DNA of 64,000 nt from Gammaproteobacteria bacterium (lineage in GTDB: Bacteria > Actinomycetota > Acidimicrobiia > Spongiisociales > UBA4744): positions 43,518 to 107,517 of the forward strand of contig JAACED010000012.1 of NCBI GenBank assembly GCA_011682695.1. The letters are read 5' to 3'. Shown here piece by piece: positions 27,008-37,726 of the stretch. The translations under genes and the position numbers were made by a program. The notes under the pieces were generated by a model. The model worked only from the letters and a program-made list of their open reading frames with translations. It did not search any database and was not told where the DNA came from. Every line of letters begins with the position of its first letter. Position 1 is the first letter of the stretch.

Positions 27008-27693
27008 CCAGGTTCCGCACCCAATTCCACACCGAGTTGGAGGCGTTGGAAACAACGCTCGTGGAGATGGCCAAGCTCGCTACCTCGCAGATCGAGAAAG
27101 CCATGGTCTCCATCGCCAATGCCGATACGCGAATTGCGGAAGAAGTCATTGCCGGCGACAGGGAGATCGATCGGATCTACCTCGAGATCGAACAGCGGTG
27201 GACCGAACTCATGGCGCTGCAAACTCCCGTCGCCACCGACCTGCGGCGGATGACACTCATGTTGCAGACAAATCACAGCATCGAGAGGATCGGGGACCAG
27301 GCCGTCAACATCGCCAAGATCGCAAGAGCCACCCACGGGCTGCCACGCAGCAACACCATCCTGCTACATCTCCAGGAAATGGGTGACATCGTCATCCCCA
27401 TGCTGAACGTGGCGATCGAGGCCCTGGTCAAGCGTGATCTGGAGCTGGCATTCCGCCTGCCCGTGATGGACGATCCCGTCGACCGGCTGGATCGCAACAT
27501 GCACAAGGCCGTCGTGAAGTGCGGCCCCGACCCCGAGTTGCTCGAATGGGCGGTGCACATGATCATCGTATCGCGGGCCCTAGAACGCGTCGGCGACCGA
27601 GCAGTAGACATCGGCGAGCAAGTCGCTTTCCTGCAGACCGGCGAGTTCCAAGAGTTCTCGGACAACATGCCAATCGTTTTCCATGCCGACTGA
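27004..27693 (+). CDS. phoU: Phosphate signalling complex protein PhoU
   Basis: Two PhoU repeats (DxxxD-like E/D motifs; [14 protein letters not shown] ... [14 protein letters not shown]). ATGA overlap with pstB2. Confidence 0.9.
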   Translation: MTRFRTQFHTELEALETTLVEMAKLATSQIEKAMVSIANADTRIAEEVIAGDREIDRIYLEIEQRWTELMALQTPVATDLRRMTLMLQTNHSIERIGDQAVNIAKIARATHGLPRSNTILLHLQEMGDIVIPMLNVAIEALVKRDLELAFRLPVMDDPVDRLDRNMHKAVVKCGPDPELLEWAVHMIIVSRALERVGDRAVDIGEQVAFLQTGEFQEFSDNMPIVFHAD

Positions 27694-28384
27694 GAGTCGG
27701 GTCCTCGTCGTCGAAGATGACGAGACCCTCGCCGAGTCGATCCGCTATAACCTCGAGAGGGAGGGCTTCTCGGTCAAAGTCGTAGCCGACGGAAGCGAGG
27801 TTCTGCGACAGCACGAGGCATTCAGCCCTGCGCTCGTGGTGCTCGACCTGATGCTGCCCGGTCTGTCCGGGTTGGATGTGCTCCGGGAGCTCCGGATCGA
27901 CTCCACTGTTCCGGTGATCATCGTGACGGCCAAAGACAGCGAGGCCGACAAAGTCACAGGGCTGGAGCTGGGTGCCGACGATTATGTAACCAAGCCGTTC
28001 TCGATGCGCGAGCTTCTCTCGCGTATCCGGGCGGTGCTTCGCCGAGCCGACATCTATACGAGCGATCAAGAGCCCGTTATCTTGCTCGGCGGTCGGGTGC
28101 GGCTCGACGCAGATCGTCACGAGGTTCGTGTGGACGCAGAACTCGTGCCATTTCGACCCAAGGAGTTCGACCTGCTCGAAGCTCTCCTCCGCCGAAAAGG
28201 CAAGCTCGTGACCCGGGCCATCCTCTTGGACGAAGTCTGGGGATACACGTTCTACGGAGACATGAAGACACTCGACGTGCACATCAAGCGAGTACGTGAC
28301 AAGATCGAGCGGGATCCTTCCCGTCCGACCCAGATCGTCACGGTGCGCGGTCTCGGCTATAAGTTCGTCGATGAGAACGCGTAG
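27683..28384 (+). CDS. OmpR/PhoB-family response regulator (RegX3/PhoP-like)
   Basis: Receiver domain (VLVVEDDETL...DLMLPGLSG...K), winged-helix C-terminus (VTRAILLDEVWGY...TVRGLGYKF). Overlaps the phoU 3' end by 11 nt. Confidence 0.85.
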   Translation: MPTESRVLVVEDDETLAESIRYNLEREGFSVKVVADGSEVLRQHEAFSPALVVLDLMLPGLSGLDVLRELRIDSTVPVIIVTAKDSEADKVTGLELGADDYVTKPFSMRELLSRIRAVLRRADIYTSDQEPVILLGGRVRLDADRHEVRVDAELVPFRPKEFDLLEALLRRKGKLVTRAILLDEVWGYTFYGDMKTLDVHIKRVRDKIERDPSRPTQIVTVRGLGYKFVDENA

Positions 28385-28392
28385 AAGCCGCC

Positions 28393-30084
28393 ATGCCTAG
28401 GCGGTCGCCTTCGTTCCGGCGTCGACTCGTCACGTGGTACGCGCTCACGCTGCTGGTCGTCCTCGCCGGCCTCGGTCTGGCACTCGACCAGACACTTCGA
28501 TCGTTTCTCCTCGACCAACTCACCGACTCACTCACTGCCCAAGGACGAGCGGTTCAGCAAGCATTGCCCGCCGAAGAGGCCGATCTTCAGGCTGCGGCCG
28601 AGGCACTGGGCGACGACCTCGGCATGCGGATCACGGTCATCGCCCCAGACGGAAGTGTGCTCGCCGACTCGGCTTCCGATCCGACAACGATGGAGAACCA
28701 CAGCACGCGGCCAGAGGTGGTTGATGCCCTCGGGGGGAGAGTGGGGGTGGCGTCGCGAACGAGCGCCACTGTCGGCATCGCCTTCCGATATGTGGCACTC
28801 CCGGTACGCGATGGCGTCGTCGTCAGAGTGGCACTTCCTGAGACCGAGACACAACAGCGGCTTGCTTCGCTCCGGGTCATCCTTCTGGTCTGGGGTCTCA
28901 TTGCCGCGGCCGTCGGCCTCATTGGCGTATGGCTCATCGGTCGACACTCCATGCGTCCCTTGGAGGACTTGGCGCGGTCGGTGGCAGATATCTCACAGGG
29001 TGTAGCCGAAACCGAGATACCCAGGAGCGGTATTGCAGAGTTGGACCATCTTGGCGAAGCAGTCGCACAAATGGCTACCGAGATCGACGCTCGTATCTCC
29101 GACATCCAAAGGGAGCAGAAGGTGCGGGACCTCGTACTTTCCGCATTGGACATCGGGGTGGTGCTCATCGATGGTGACGACATCGCCTACGCCAACCCGC
29201 CGGCCCGTACGCTCATCGGAAACGAGGCAGCCAGAGTGCAGGAACTCCATCCCGCCGTTCTCCGAGAGATGATCTCGCCCGCCGGCGCCGACGAGGAGCG
29301 AGCGGCTGCCGATTATGAAGCGGGTTATCCGGCGCGGTCCATCGCCGCAGCGGCCGTGTGGCTCGAGCGGAGCGGGCTCGTCCTGCTGACCCTGACCGAT
29401 GTGACCGAGGCAAGACGAGTGGAGGCGCTGCGGCGGGATTTCGTTTCCGCCGCGTCACATGAGCTGAAGACCCCGGCAACAGCTATCCAGGCGGGTGCAG
29501 AAACGATTCTTACCGCGCTCGACGATGACCCGGAGGCTGCCCGTCTCTTCGCCCAACGAGTCTGCGACGACGCCTTTCGACTGTCGCGCATCGTGGGTGA
29601 CCTTCTTGATCTGTCACGGCTGGAGATGCAGGAACCGGTACGAGTGCCCCTCTCACTCAGCGAGCTCGTCCAGGACGAGGTCGCTCGACTCGGGGTGGTG
29701 TCGGTCAATATATCGGTGCAGACCGAACCGGCCATTGTGTGTGGAGAACGCGCCGACCTCACCCTGGCAGTCCGGAACCTCTTGGCAAATGCTGTGCGAT
29801 ACACCCCTGAAGGAGGTCATATCTGGGTCAAGGTGTACACAGATGATCGCGCTGCCGTCGTTGAGGTGGCAGACGACGGGGTCGGGATACCCAGTGCCGA
29901 CCTGCCGCGGGTCTTCGAGCGCTTCTACCGCGTCGATGAAGGCCGCTCCCGTCGAACCGGAGGAACAGGCCTCGGCCTTGCCATCGTCAAACACGTGGCC
30001 GAAGAACACGGCGGACGCGTCCAGGCCGAGAGCATCCTCGCGGAAGGATCGGTGTTTCAGATCGTGATACCGCTCGAATCGTGA
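28393..30084 (+). CDS. Sensor histidine kinase (partner of the preceding regulator; PhoR/SenX3-like)
   Basis: TM helices, HAMP-like region, H-box SHELKTP, N/G1/G2 boxes (NLLANAVRYT, DDGVGI, GGTGLGLAIV). Confidence 0.85.
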   Translation: MPRRSPSFRRRLVTWYALTLLVVLAGLGLALDQTLRSFLLDQLTDSLTAQGRAVQQALPAEEADLQAAAEALGDDLGMRITVIAPDGSVLADSASDPTTMENHSTRPEVVDALGGRVGVASRTSATVGIAFRYVALPVRDGVVVRVALPETETQQRLASLRVILLVWGLIAAAVGLIGVWLIGRHSMRPLEDLARSVADISQGVAETEIPRSGIAELDHLGEAVAQMATEIDARISDIQREQKVRDLVLSALDIGVVLIDGDDIAYANPPARTLIGNEAARVQELHPAVLREMISPAGADEERAAADYEAGYPARSIAAAAVWLERSGLVLLTLTDVTEARRVEALRRDFVSAASHELKTPATAIQAGAETILTALDDDPEAARLFAQRVCDDAFRLSRIVGDLLDLSRLEMQEPVRVPLSLSELVQDEVARLGVVSVNISVQTEPAIVCGERADLTLAVRNLLANAVRYTPEGGHIWVKVYTDDRAAVVEVADDGVGIPSADLPRVFERFYRVDEGRSRRTGGTGLGLAIVKHVAEEHGGRVQAESILAEGSVFQIVIPLES

Positions 30085-30244
30085 ACAATCCAGGTGCGGC
30101 GCCGCCTGGCAGATCCTGGCCGGAGGCTGTTGGCGCGGGGCCGCACGAGGGCTAACCTCTGTTACGTTCCCGTCGGCTAGCTGTCTTCGGGCGGATTCGA
30201 CGGTGAACGCGCAAGGAATGGGAAGACCTACGGAGGGTTGCACT

Positions 30245-32263
30245 GTGAGAAACTCACGGAGACTCTGGACGTGGATCGCGGTCGTTGCGCTGCTTGCGCT
30301 CGTCGCGACAGCCTGCGGCCAGGGAACCACCACAGAGTCCACCAGCACCACGGCGGCTGCGACGACGACGACAGCCGGCACGGCTGCGACGACGACCACG
30401 GCAGCGGCGCCGGGTGCGACGGGCTTTACGTACAAACTCGGTGTTTTCGAGGACCTGACGACTGACAACTTCTGGGCCTATATGGACCCGGAGGCTTCGG
30501 TCTGGAATGCATATGTCCTCGGAAACCAGCATCCAGGGTTGTTCACCCTGGCGGCGCCGTCCTGGCAGCTCGTGCCGGACCTGGCGACCGCACAACCGAA
30601 CAACGCTGAGCAGGTTGGTGACGACTGGGTCGTGACGCAGGAACTGCGCCAGGGCTACATGTGGTCTGACGGAGTGCCGGTAACCGCGAACGACGTGGCC
30701 TTCACGTTCAACACCGCAGGTCCCGACTTCAAGTTGGGCGGCAACTGGGCCGGTTCACTTTCGCTGTATTCCCCGGATGACCCGGCGACCACGGACGTGG
30801 ACGAGTCCGCCGACGGCATCAAGACTGTCGAGGCAATCAACGACTACACCGTTCAGATCACGTTCTCGAGCGAGCCAGGCCTCGCCGTGTGGCAAATGGG
30901 TATCGGCCTGATGCCGATTCTGCCGCAGCACTTCTGGCAGTCGGTCGTGGATGAGGCTGCAGCATCGGACGATCCGTCGACGACGCTGTACGCCGCTTCT
31001 GGTGAGGGCGAGCCCTCCGCAGGAGCGTTCATCTACGACAGCCGGGAGCCCGGCGCGTTCGCCAAGAACGTCGCCAACCCTGACGCCTACTACGCCGGTA
31101 CGCAGTACACGTTCTACAGCGACGGCACCTTCCAGCAGACCAATGCTGAGAGGGGCTTCGATGAGATGTACGACGGCTCCGGCACAGGCGACATCACCCT
31201 TCAGTACAGCGAGGGGCCGTTCGCCAAGGACGCCATCTATTCGATCTACTCCGATCAGAACGCGGCCATCCTGGCCCTCAAGAGCGGTGAGATCGACTTC
31301 ATGTTGAACCCAATCGGACTCAACACCGGGTTGAAGAACGAAGTTCTGAACTCACCCGAGTTGAGCCTGATTGCGAACCCGTCCAACGGGTTCCGCTACC
31401 TGGCGTTCAACTTGCGCAAGGCGCCAATGAAATACAAGGGCTTCCGCCAGGCGATCGGCTGTCTGACGCAGAAAGAGTTCCTCCAGACCCTGCTGGGCGG
31501 AGCGATCATTCCTGCGTACAGCCTCGTTCCGGAAGGTAACACCGCGTGGGCGAACCCCAACGTGGAGCAGATCTGCAAGGGTCTCGGCGAGCAAGAGCGC
31601 TTCAATCAGGCCATCCAGTACCTCAAGGATGCCGGTTTCACCTGGGATGTCGAACCCGCATGGGACGAGGGCACCGCAGGCAACCTGCTTCCTGGTACCG
31701 GTACCGGGCTCACGGATCCTGACGGCAACGCCGTTCCGGAACTCGAGTTGCTGGCTCCCGGACCCGGCTACGACCCGCTGCGGTCGACGGCCTCGATCTG
31801 GATCGCACAGTGGGCCGGTTGGTTGGGTATTCCCGTCAAGGCGAATGCCACCGGCTTCAACGTGATCGTCAACAAGGTCTTCGCCGAAGGTGACGCCGCC
31901 AAGGATTGGGACATGTACATCCTCGGTTGGGGTCTCGGGAACCCTGCGCTCCCGGACTTCCACGAAGCGTTCTTCGCCTCGTGGCAGGACTCGGCGAACG
32001 GTGGCTTCAACACCCCCGGCTACAACGACCCGGACTTCGACGCACTCGCGAAGGAGTTCCTGGCAGCGACGGATATCCCGTCTGCCAAGGACGCGGTGCA
32101 GAAGATGGATGCCAAGATCGTTCAGGATCTTCCGTATCTGGTCCTCTTCACCACGCCGGTGCTCGAGGCCTACAACAGCAAGCTGATCTTCCCCTTCACC
32201 GACGTGTTGGACGGATTGGCGAACCTGAACGGTATGCCGGCAGCCGTGCAGATGAGCGACTGA
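30245..32263 (+). CDS. ABC transporter substrate-binding lipoprotein, family 5 (oligopeptide/dipeptide/nickel type)
   Basis: GTG at 30245, 7 nt after GGAGGG, gives MRNSRRLWTWIAVVALLALVATAC (lipobox). Thr/Ala-rich linker, then an SBP_bac_5 fold. The track ORF starts 42 nt earlier, without an SD. Confidence 0.8.
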   Translation: MRNSRRLWTWIAVVALLALVATACGQGTTTESTSTTAAATTTTAGTAATTTTAAAPGATGFTYKLGVFEDLTTDNFWAYMDPEASVWNAYVLGNQHPGLFTLAAPSWQLVPDLATAQPNNAEQVGDDWVVTQELRQGYMWSDGVPVTANDVAFTFNTAGPDFKLGGNWAGSLSLYSPDDPATTDVDESADGIKTVEAINDYTVQITFSSEPGLAVWQMGIGLMPILPQHFWQSVVDEAAASDDPSTTLYAASGEGEPSAGAFIYDSREPGAFAKNVANPDAYYAGTQYTFYSDGTFQQTNAERGFDEMYDGSGTGDITLQYSEGPFAKDAIYSIYSDQNAAILALKSGEIDFMLNPIGLNTGLKNEVLNSPELSLIANPSNGFRYLAFNLRKAPMKYKGFRQAIGCLTQKEFLQTLLGGAIIPAYSLVPEGNTAWANPNVEQICKGLGEQERFNQAIQYLKDAGFTWDVEPAWDEGTAGNLLPGTGTGLTDPDGNAVPELELLAPGPGYDPLRSTASIWIAQWAGWLGIPVKANATGFNVIVNKVFAEGDAAKDWDMYILGWGLGNPALPDFHEAFFASWQDSANGGFNTPGYNDPDFDALAKEFLAATDIPSAKDAVQKMDAKIVQDLPYLVLFTTPVLEAYNSKLIFPFTDVLDGLANLNGMPAAVQMSD

Positions 32264-32364
32264 GCAACCGACAACCGATACTGCTGGAGGGGAGGGCGAG
32301 AGCCCTCCCCTCCTTGTGAGTGTTATGCTCCCACAGCCGCGCACGGCAGGTGAGGAGGTAAAGG

Positions 32365-33537
32365 TTGCTGAAATACGTCGGCAAGCGCACAGTCCAGAAC
32401 GTGATTGTGTTCTTCGTCTTCCTCACTGCAACCTTCTTCCTCCTGCAAGCACAGCCCGGTGATATCAGCGACCAGTTCCTCTCCAATCCGAAGATTCCAC
32501 CGGAGGCGCGCCAGCTGTACGCAGAGCGTCTCGGTCTCACCGGCTCAACGTGGGATCAATACGTCCGTTACATGCACAACTTCGTGACCGGTAACCTCGG
32601 TGTCTCCTTCTCCGAATACCCGCGTGAAGTCTCGGACATCCTCAAGGAACGCATCCCCCGTACCGTCGCACTCTTCGTCTTCGCCACGCTCCTTTCGTTC
32701 TGGATGGGGTTCAAATCCGGGAAGATCCTCGCCTGGCGAAGGGGCAAGAGGGGAGAGAACTTGATAACGATCACGGGTGTGTTCTTTCAGACCGTCTTCT
32801 ACCCATGGTTCGCACTCTTGATGATCCGAACGTTCTCGTTCGACCTCAAGCTCTTCCCGGGCGGCAAGTTCCTCACGGTCGAGAAGTGGCTGGACAAGCC
32901 GGATACGTTCGATGCCAACAATGTCTTCAACAGGATGCTGGTGACCGTCGCTCTGCTCGGAATGGCGCTGCTCATAACGGAGATGATCGGAAGGAAGATG
33001 CACAACCGGATCGTCGGAAGGCGTCTGATCTGGGCCGCCAGAGTCGTCTTCATCGGTACGACGGTCGTCTGGTGGATGACCGTGTGGGGCGAAATGCTGC
33101 CGTACGCGTTGGATATCGGCGACCACCTGATTCTGCCCACGATCACCCTTTCGCTCATCGGATTCGGCGGCACGATGCTGCTGACCAGAGCTTCGATGCT
33201 CGAGACACTGCGTGAGGACTACATCCTGACGGCCAGGGCGAAAGGTCTGCCCTCGCGGGTGATTCGGGATAAGCACGCTGCCAGAAACGCCCTGCTCCCG
33301 GTAACGACCTCTCTCGTGATCGGACTTGCATTTCTCATCGGTGGAGGCGTCATCACCGAAACAGTGTTCTCCTGGCCCGGTATGGGACGCACGCTGCTGA
33401 CCGCGGCGCTGACGGAAGACATCCCGCTCGTTATCGGAGCGTTCACGTTCATCGCGATTCTGGCACTAATCGCTCACATGGTGGTCGACATCTTGTACAT
33501 GTTCCTCGATCCGCGAATTCGAGTGGGGGGGCGATAG
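32365..33537 (+). CDS. ABC transporter permease (DppB/OppB-like)
   Basis: TTG start 6 nt after GGAGG; 6 TM, BPD_transp_1 pattern. Confidence 0.8.
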   Translation: MLKYVGKRTVQNVIVFFVFLTATFFLLQAQPGDISDQFLSNPKIPPEARQLYAERLGLTGSTWDQYVRYMHNFVTGNLGVSFSEYPREVSDILKERIPRTVALFVFATLLSFWMGFKSGKILAWRRGKRGENLITITGVFFQTVFYPWFALLMIRTFSFDLKLFPGGKFLTVEKWLDKPDTFDANNVFNRMLVTVALLGMALLITEMIGRKMHNRIVGRRLIWAARVVFIGTTVVWWMTVWGEMLPYALDIGDHLILPTITLSLIGFGGTMLLTRASMLETLREDYILTARAKGLPSRVIRDKHAARNALLPVTTSLVIGLAFLIGGGVITETVFSWPGMGRTLLTAALTEDIPLVIGAFTFIAILALIAHMVVDILYMFLDPRIRVGGR

Positions 33538-34613
33538 TGACCGATCACCTGAGGGCTCCTGAGACCCGACCCCTGATCCAGGAGCCGTTGTGGCGCGTGC
33601 GCGTTCGGCTTGCCTGGCGCGGATTCCGCAGCGGCTGGTCTTCCTTCGTCGAGAATCGCATCGGGCTGGTCGGTCTCTCGATCATCGTCATCTACGGACT
33701 CGCTGCGCTTTCTCATCCCCTCCTGATGAAGTACGTCTGGGATCCTGGCGTCTACGACCCTGTCATCGGCTACGACGCTCCCCTTCAGGAGAAAGTGATC
33801 GTTCCTGACAACGAGGTCACCGACACGAGTACGGAGATTGATCTCTTCAGCGCTCGCCTCATCAACCCGCTTCTGAAAGTGGGTGACACGATGGATATCA
33901 CGCTGCAGCCGGCGCCCCCGTCGCGCGCACACTGGTTGGGTACGGACCCGTTAGGCCGTGACGTGCTCTCTCAGCTCATGTTCAGTACACGCGCTGCGTT
34001 CATGCTTGGCATCGTCGCTGCACTCGTCACCGTAGGAATCGCCACGACTGTCGGCGCGGTGTCTGCCTTCTTTGGCGGGATAGTCGACACCCTGTTCATG
34101 AGGCTCGCCGACCTGATCATCCTCGTACCGTTCCTCCCGATCCTGATCGTGCTGTCGGCGCTCATCCACTTCGAATTGCTCCACCTTGCGGTGTTGATTG
34201 GGGTCCTGTCAGGTTTTGGAGGCACAGCCATCATCCTCAAGTCCCAGGCGCTGTCGGTATCGGTAAAACCATTCATCGACGCCGCCCGCGTTGCCGGAGG
34301 CGGTCGGATGCATCTGATCTTCCGCCACATCATTCCCAACGTTCTGCCCCTCAGCTTCCTCTACATGATGTTCTCGGTCACGGATGCCATCTCCATCGAG
34401 GCGACGCTGTCGTTCCTCGGATTGATGAACATCAACATGAGCTGGGGAATCATGATCTACACGGCAAACTCTCAGGGATATCTTCTGTCGAGCGCCAGCT
34501 ACTGGTGGCTGCTGTTCCCCGCGGGACTGTCGGTGACACTGCTGGCCGGTTCTTTCTACCTGGTCGGAAGAGCGATGGACGAGATCATCAACCCAAGGCT
34601 GAGGAGACGGTAG
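33537..34613 (+). CDS. ABC transporter permease (DppC/OppC-like)
   Basis: GTG overlaps the upstream TAG by 1 nt; N-terminal OppC-like extension plus a permease core. Confidence 0.8.
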   Translation: MTDHLRAPETRPLIQEPLWRVRVRLAWRGFRSGWSSFVENRIGLVGLSIIVIYGLAALSHPLLMKYVWDPGVYDPVIGYDAPLQEKVIVPDNEVTDTSTEIDLFSARLINPLLKVGDTMDITLQPAPPSRAHWLGTDPLGRDVLSQLMFSTRAAFMLGIVAALVTVGIATTVGAVSAFFGGIVDTLFMRLADLIILVPFLPILIVLSALIHFELLHLAVLIGVLSGFGGTAIILKSQALSVSVKPFIDAARVAGGGRMHLIFRHIIPNVLPLSFLYMMFSVTDAISIEATLSFLGLMNINMSWGIMIYTANSQGYLLSSASYWWLLFPAGLSVTLLAGSFYLVGRAMDEIINPRLRRR

Positions 34614-34617
34614 GGAG

Positions 34618-35637
34618 ATGAGTTTGCACCAAGAGGCGCGTATCGGGGCACGATTGGTGCTCGAGGTCGACCACCTCACCATGCACTACACCGTCAAGGC
34701 AGGCGTGGTCAGGGCGGTGGACGACGTCAGCTTCTCGCTCGCGCAAGGTGAAGCCTTGGGCTTGGTGGGCGAGTCCGGATGCGGGAAGACGTCGGTGGCC
34801 ATGACGCTGATTCGGCTGCTTGCCGACAACGCAGAAATCGTCGATGGTCGCGTCATCCTCGCCGGTACGGACGTAGCGCATATCTCCGACGAGGAGATGC
34901 GCCGCCACCGCTGGAGTGACATTTCGATGGTCTTTCAGGGAGCCATGAACGCCTGGAATCCCGTGTACAAGATCGGCGATCAGATCTGGGAGGCGATGGA
35001 GCAGCACTTCCCCGAGATGATGGAGGACGAGGGGCGCGAGCGCATCGCCGAACTCTTCGAACTCGTGGGGCTGACGCCCGCAATGATGGACCGGTACCCA
35101 CATGAGTTCTCCGGTGGCATGCGTCAGCGGGCGATCATCGCCATGGCGCTGTCGTGTGAGCCCAAGATCATCATTGCCGACGAGCCCACGACCGCACTCG
35201 ACGTCATCGTCCAGGACCAGATCCTCACCGAGCTCAAGCATGTGCAACAGGCACTCGGGATGGCCATCATCTATATCTCCCACGATGTCGCCGTCATCGC
35301 GGAGGTCAGTGACCGCATCGGAGTCATGTACGCGGGAAAACTGGTGGAGCTCGGCGACACCGATGAGGTGTTCCCCCGGCCCCGACATCCATACACCTAC
35401 CTCCTGCTCGCATCGACACCGAGTGTCAAAGGTCCCAAGCGCAAGCTCGCTCCTCTCGAAGGCGAGCCGCCTGATCTCATCAACCCTCCGACGGGCTGCC
35501 GCTTCCACCCCCGGTGCCCGTGGGCAACGGAGCTTTGTACGACCGAGGAGCCTCCCTTCGACGAGGTCTCGCAAGGACACCGTGTCGCCTGTTGGCACTC
35601 GGAGGAAGTCCCAGAACTCGGGAGGCTGGAGGCATGA
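34618..35637 (+). CDS. ABC transporter ATP-binding protein (DppD/OppD-like)
   Basis: Walker A GESGCGKTS, signature FSGGMRQR, Walker B IIADEPTTALD, C-terminal oligopeptide/dipeptide transporter domain (RHPYTYLL...CRFHPRCP). Confidence 0.85.
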   Translation: MSLHQEARIGARLVLEVDHLTMHYTVKAGVVRAVDDVSFSLAQGEALGLVGESGCGKTSVAMTLIRLLADNAEIVDGRVILAGTDVAHISDEEMRRHRWSDISMVFQGAMNAWNPVYKIGDQIWEAMEQHFPEMMEDEGRERIAELFELVGLTPAMMDRYPHEFSGGMRQRAIIAMALSCEPKIIIADEPTTALDVIVQDQILTELKHVQQALGMAIIYISHDVAVIAEVSDRIGVMYAGKLVELGDTDEVFPRPRHPYTYLLLASTPSVKGPKRKLAPLEGEPPDLINPPTGCRFHPRCPWATELCTTEEPPFDEVSQGHRVACWHSEEVPELGRLEA

Positions 35638-36650
35638 CGGTGAAGCAACAGACGGAGCAGCCCCTCATCAAGGTCGAGCACCTCAAGAAGCTCTTCCCGG
35701 TGGGGCGTGGTCTCTTCCGAAAAGCGACACAGTTCATCCACGCGGTCGATGACATCAGCTTCCAGATCCCGCGCGGTGAAAGTCTCGGTCTGGTGGGGGA
35801 GTCCGGCTCCGGAAAGACGACGACCGGGCGCATCCTCGCCCGACTCGAGACCCCCACGGGCGGGGACATCTTGCTGCGAGACGGAGAGGAGATGCTCAAC
35901 GTCTCCGATATCGGCAGGGATGGCATGAAACGGTTCCGCCGCAGAGTGCAGATGATCTTCCAGGATCCCTACGAGTCCATGAATCCCCGGCGCACGATCT
36001 TCGACACGATCGCAGAACCGCTCCAAGTACAGGCCATCGGCACTCTCCTCGAGCGGGAGCATCGTGTTGCCGAACTGCTCGAGATGGTCGGCCTGGCACC
36101 GGCGAGCACGTTCTTGTTCCGGTATCCGCACGAACTCTCCGGTGGTCAGCGGCAGCGGGTCGCCATCGCTCGCGCCCTCGTGATCGACCCTGCATTCGTG
36201 GTGGCCGATGAACCGACATCGATGCTCGACGTGAGCATCCGGATCTCCATCATGGACATCATGCTCCGCCTCGCCGAAGAGTTCGGAGTCTCCTACCTCT
36301 ACATCACCCATGACCTTGCCGTTGCACGCTACATGTGCGACCGGATCGCGGTGATGTACCTCGGCAAGATCGTCGAACTCGCCAAGACCGAAGAGCTGCT
36401 CGCAAATCCGCGCCATCCCTATACGAAAGCGCTTCTCTCCGCGGTTCCCGTTCCCGACCCCAGCTACCAACGGCCAGAACTCGAAATCGAAGGCGGCATC
36501 ACCAAGGCGATCGATCCGCCTCCCGTCTGCCGGTTCATCGAACGTTGCCGGTGGGCCACGGAACATTGCCGCACCAATCCGCATCCCGAACTCGTCGAGA
36601 CCAGCCCTGAGCACTTCGTCGCGTGCTATGTCGTGGAGCAGTCACTCTGA
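35634..36650 (+). CDS. ABC transporter ATP-binding protein (DppF/OppF-like)
   Basis: ATGA overlap; GESGSGKTT, LSGGQRQR, VVADEPTSMLD, C-terminal CRFIERCRWATEHC. Confidence 0.85.
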   Translation: MTVKQQTEQPLIKVEHLKKLFPVGRGLFRKATQFIHAVDDISFQIPRGESLGLVGESGSGKTTTGRILARLETPTGGDILLRDGEEMLNVSDIGRDGMKRFRRRVQMIFQDPYESMNPRRTIFDTIAEPLQVQAIGTLLEREHRVAELLEMVGLAPASTFLFRYPHELSGGQRQRVAIARALVIDPAFVVADEPTSMLDVSIRISIMDIMLRLAEEFGVSYLYITHDLAVARYMCDRIAVMYLGKIVELAKTEELLANPRHPYTKALLSAVPVPDPSYQRPELEIEGGITKAIDPPPVCRFIERCRWATEHCRTNPHPELVETSPEHFVACYVVEQSL

Positions 36651-37180
36651 TTCTCACCATCCCAAACCTGATCTCGGCACTACGCCTGGTCGGAGTCGGC
36701 ATCTTCGCGTGGCTCGCATTCGGTCGAAGCGAACCGGCTGCGGCTGGATGGCTGCTCCTTCTGATCGGTTGGACCGACTGGATCGACGGCTACCTCGCCA
36801 GACGTCTGAACCAGGTGAGTGAACTCGGCAAGGTGCTGGACCCACTTGCCGACCGACTCGCCATCGTTACCGCAGTCGTCGGCGGGATGTTCGTCGGTGT
36901 GATTCCCCTCCTTCTCGGCATCGGGATTGCGGTGCGAGAGATACTCGTCGGTGTGGGAGCGCTGGTCCTCGCAGGGAGCGGAAAGAGGATCGATGTTCGT
37001 CGACTCGGAAAACTTGCCACGTTTATTCTCTACGGAGCGATTCCCGCCTTCTACGTCTCCCACGGTGAGTTTCTCCCAGGCCTGTTCCTCGGGATTGCAT
37101 GGAGCTTCGGGGTGGTCGGGCTGATTCTGTACTGGTGGGTGGCCGTCCTCTACGTCGGAGATGCACGAAGGGCGCTGTAA
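36623..37180 (+). CDS. CDP-alcohol phosphatidyltransferase family protein (PgsA-like)
   Basis: D-x2-DG-x2-AR...G...D...D motif (DWIDGYLARRLNQVSELGKVLDPLADR). GTG start lies 28 nt inside the upstream ATPase gene. Start is uncertain. Confidence 0.65.
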   Translation: MLCRGAVTLILTIPNLISALRLVGVGIFAWLAFGRSEPAAAGWLLLLIGWTDWIDGYLARRLNQVSELGKVLDPLADRLAIVTAVVGGMFVGVIPLLLGIGIAVREILVGVGALVLAGSGKRIDVRRLGKLATFILYGAIPAFYVSHGEFLPGLFLGIAWSFGVVGLILYWWVAVLYVGDARRAL

Positions 37181-37211
37181 ACTGCCGTGAAGGAACAGGA
37201 GGCCGAGCCGA

Positions 37212-37598
37212 ATGCAGGTTGCACAAGACAGGCGCTACACAGAGGACCACGAGTGGACACTCCAGGAATCGGACGGAACGGTCCGCATCGGCATCAGCGA
37301 CTTCGCTCAGGACGCTCTCGGCGACGTTGTGTATGTGGAACTCCCCGAAGTGGGAACCGTCTACGCCAAGGGTGACCCGTTCTGCGAGGTCGAGTCCACC
37401 AAATCGGTGTCGGATGTCTTCGCTCCGATTTCGGGTACCGTCGTGGCCGTCAACGAGGCACTCGCCGATCACCCCGAGCTGATCAACACGGATCCTTACG
37501 GCGAGGGCTGGATTGCTCTTCTGGAGCCAACAGATGCCGGAGAGACCGATGCTCTGCTGGATGCAGCCGCGTATGCGGAGTTGACGGCCCACACCTGA
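37212..37598 (+). CDS. gcvH: Glycine cleavage system H protein
   Basis: Lipoyl-lysine motif EVESTKSVSDVFAP; full-length GcvH. AGGAGG upstream. Confidence 0.9.
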   Translation: MQVAQDRRYTEDHEWTLQESDGTVRIGISDFAQDALGDVVYVELPEVGTVYAKGDPFCEVESTKSVSDVFAPISGTVVAVNEALADHPELINTDPYGEGWIALLEPTDAGETDALLDAAAYAELTAHT

Positions 37599-37726
37599 CG
37601 TCTGCTCACAACCTTTCGAGCGCACCGAAGCTTCCAGCTCCACACGGGAGTCGGTTTTCTCCGAGACGCTGCCGGGTCGCTCTCGCAACATTGCACAGCG
37701 CGCCGTGATCGGCGGCTACGATACGA

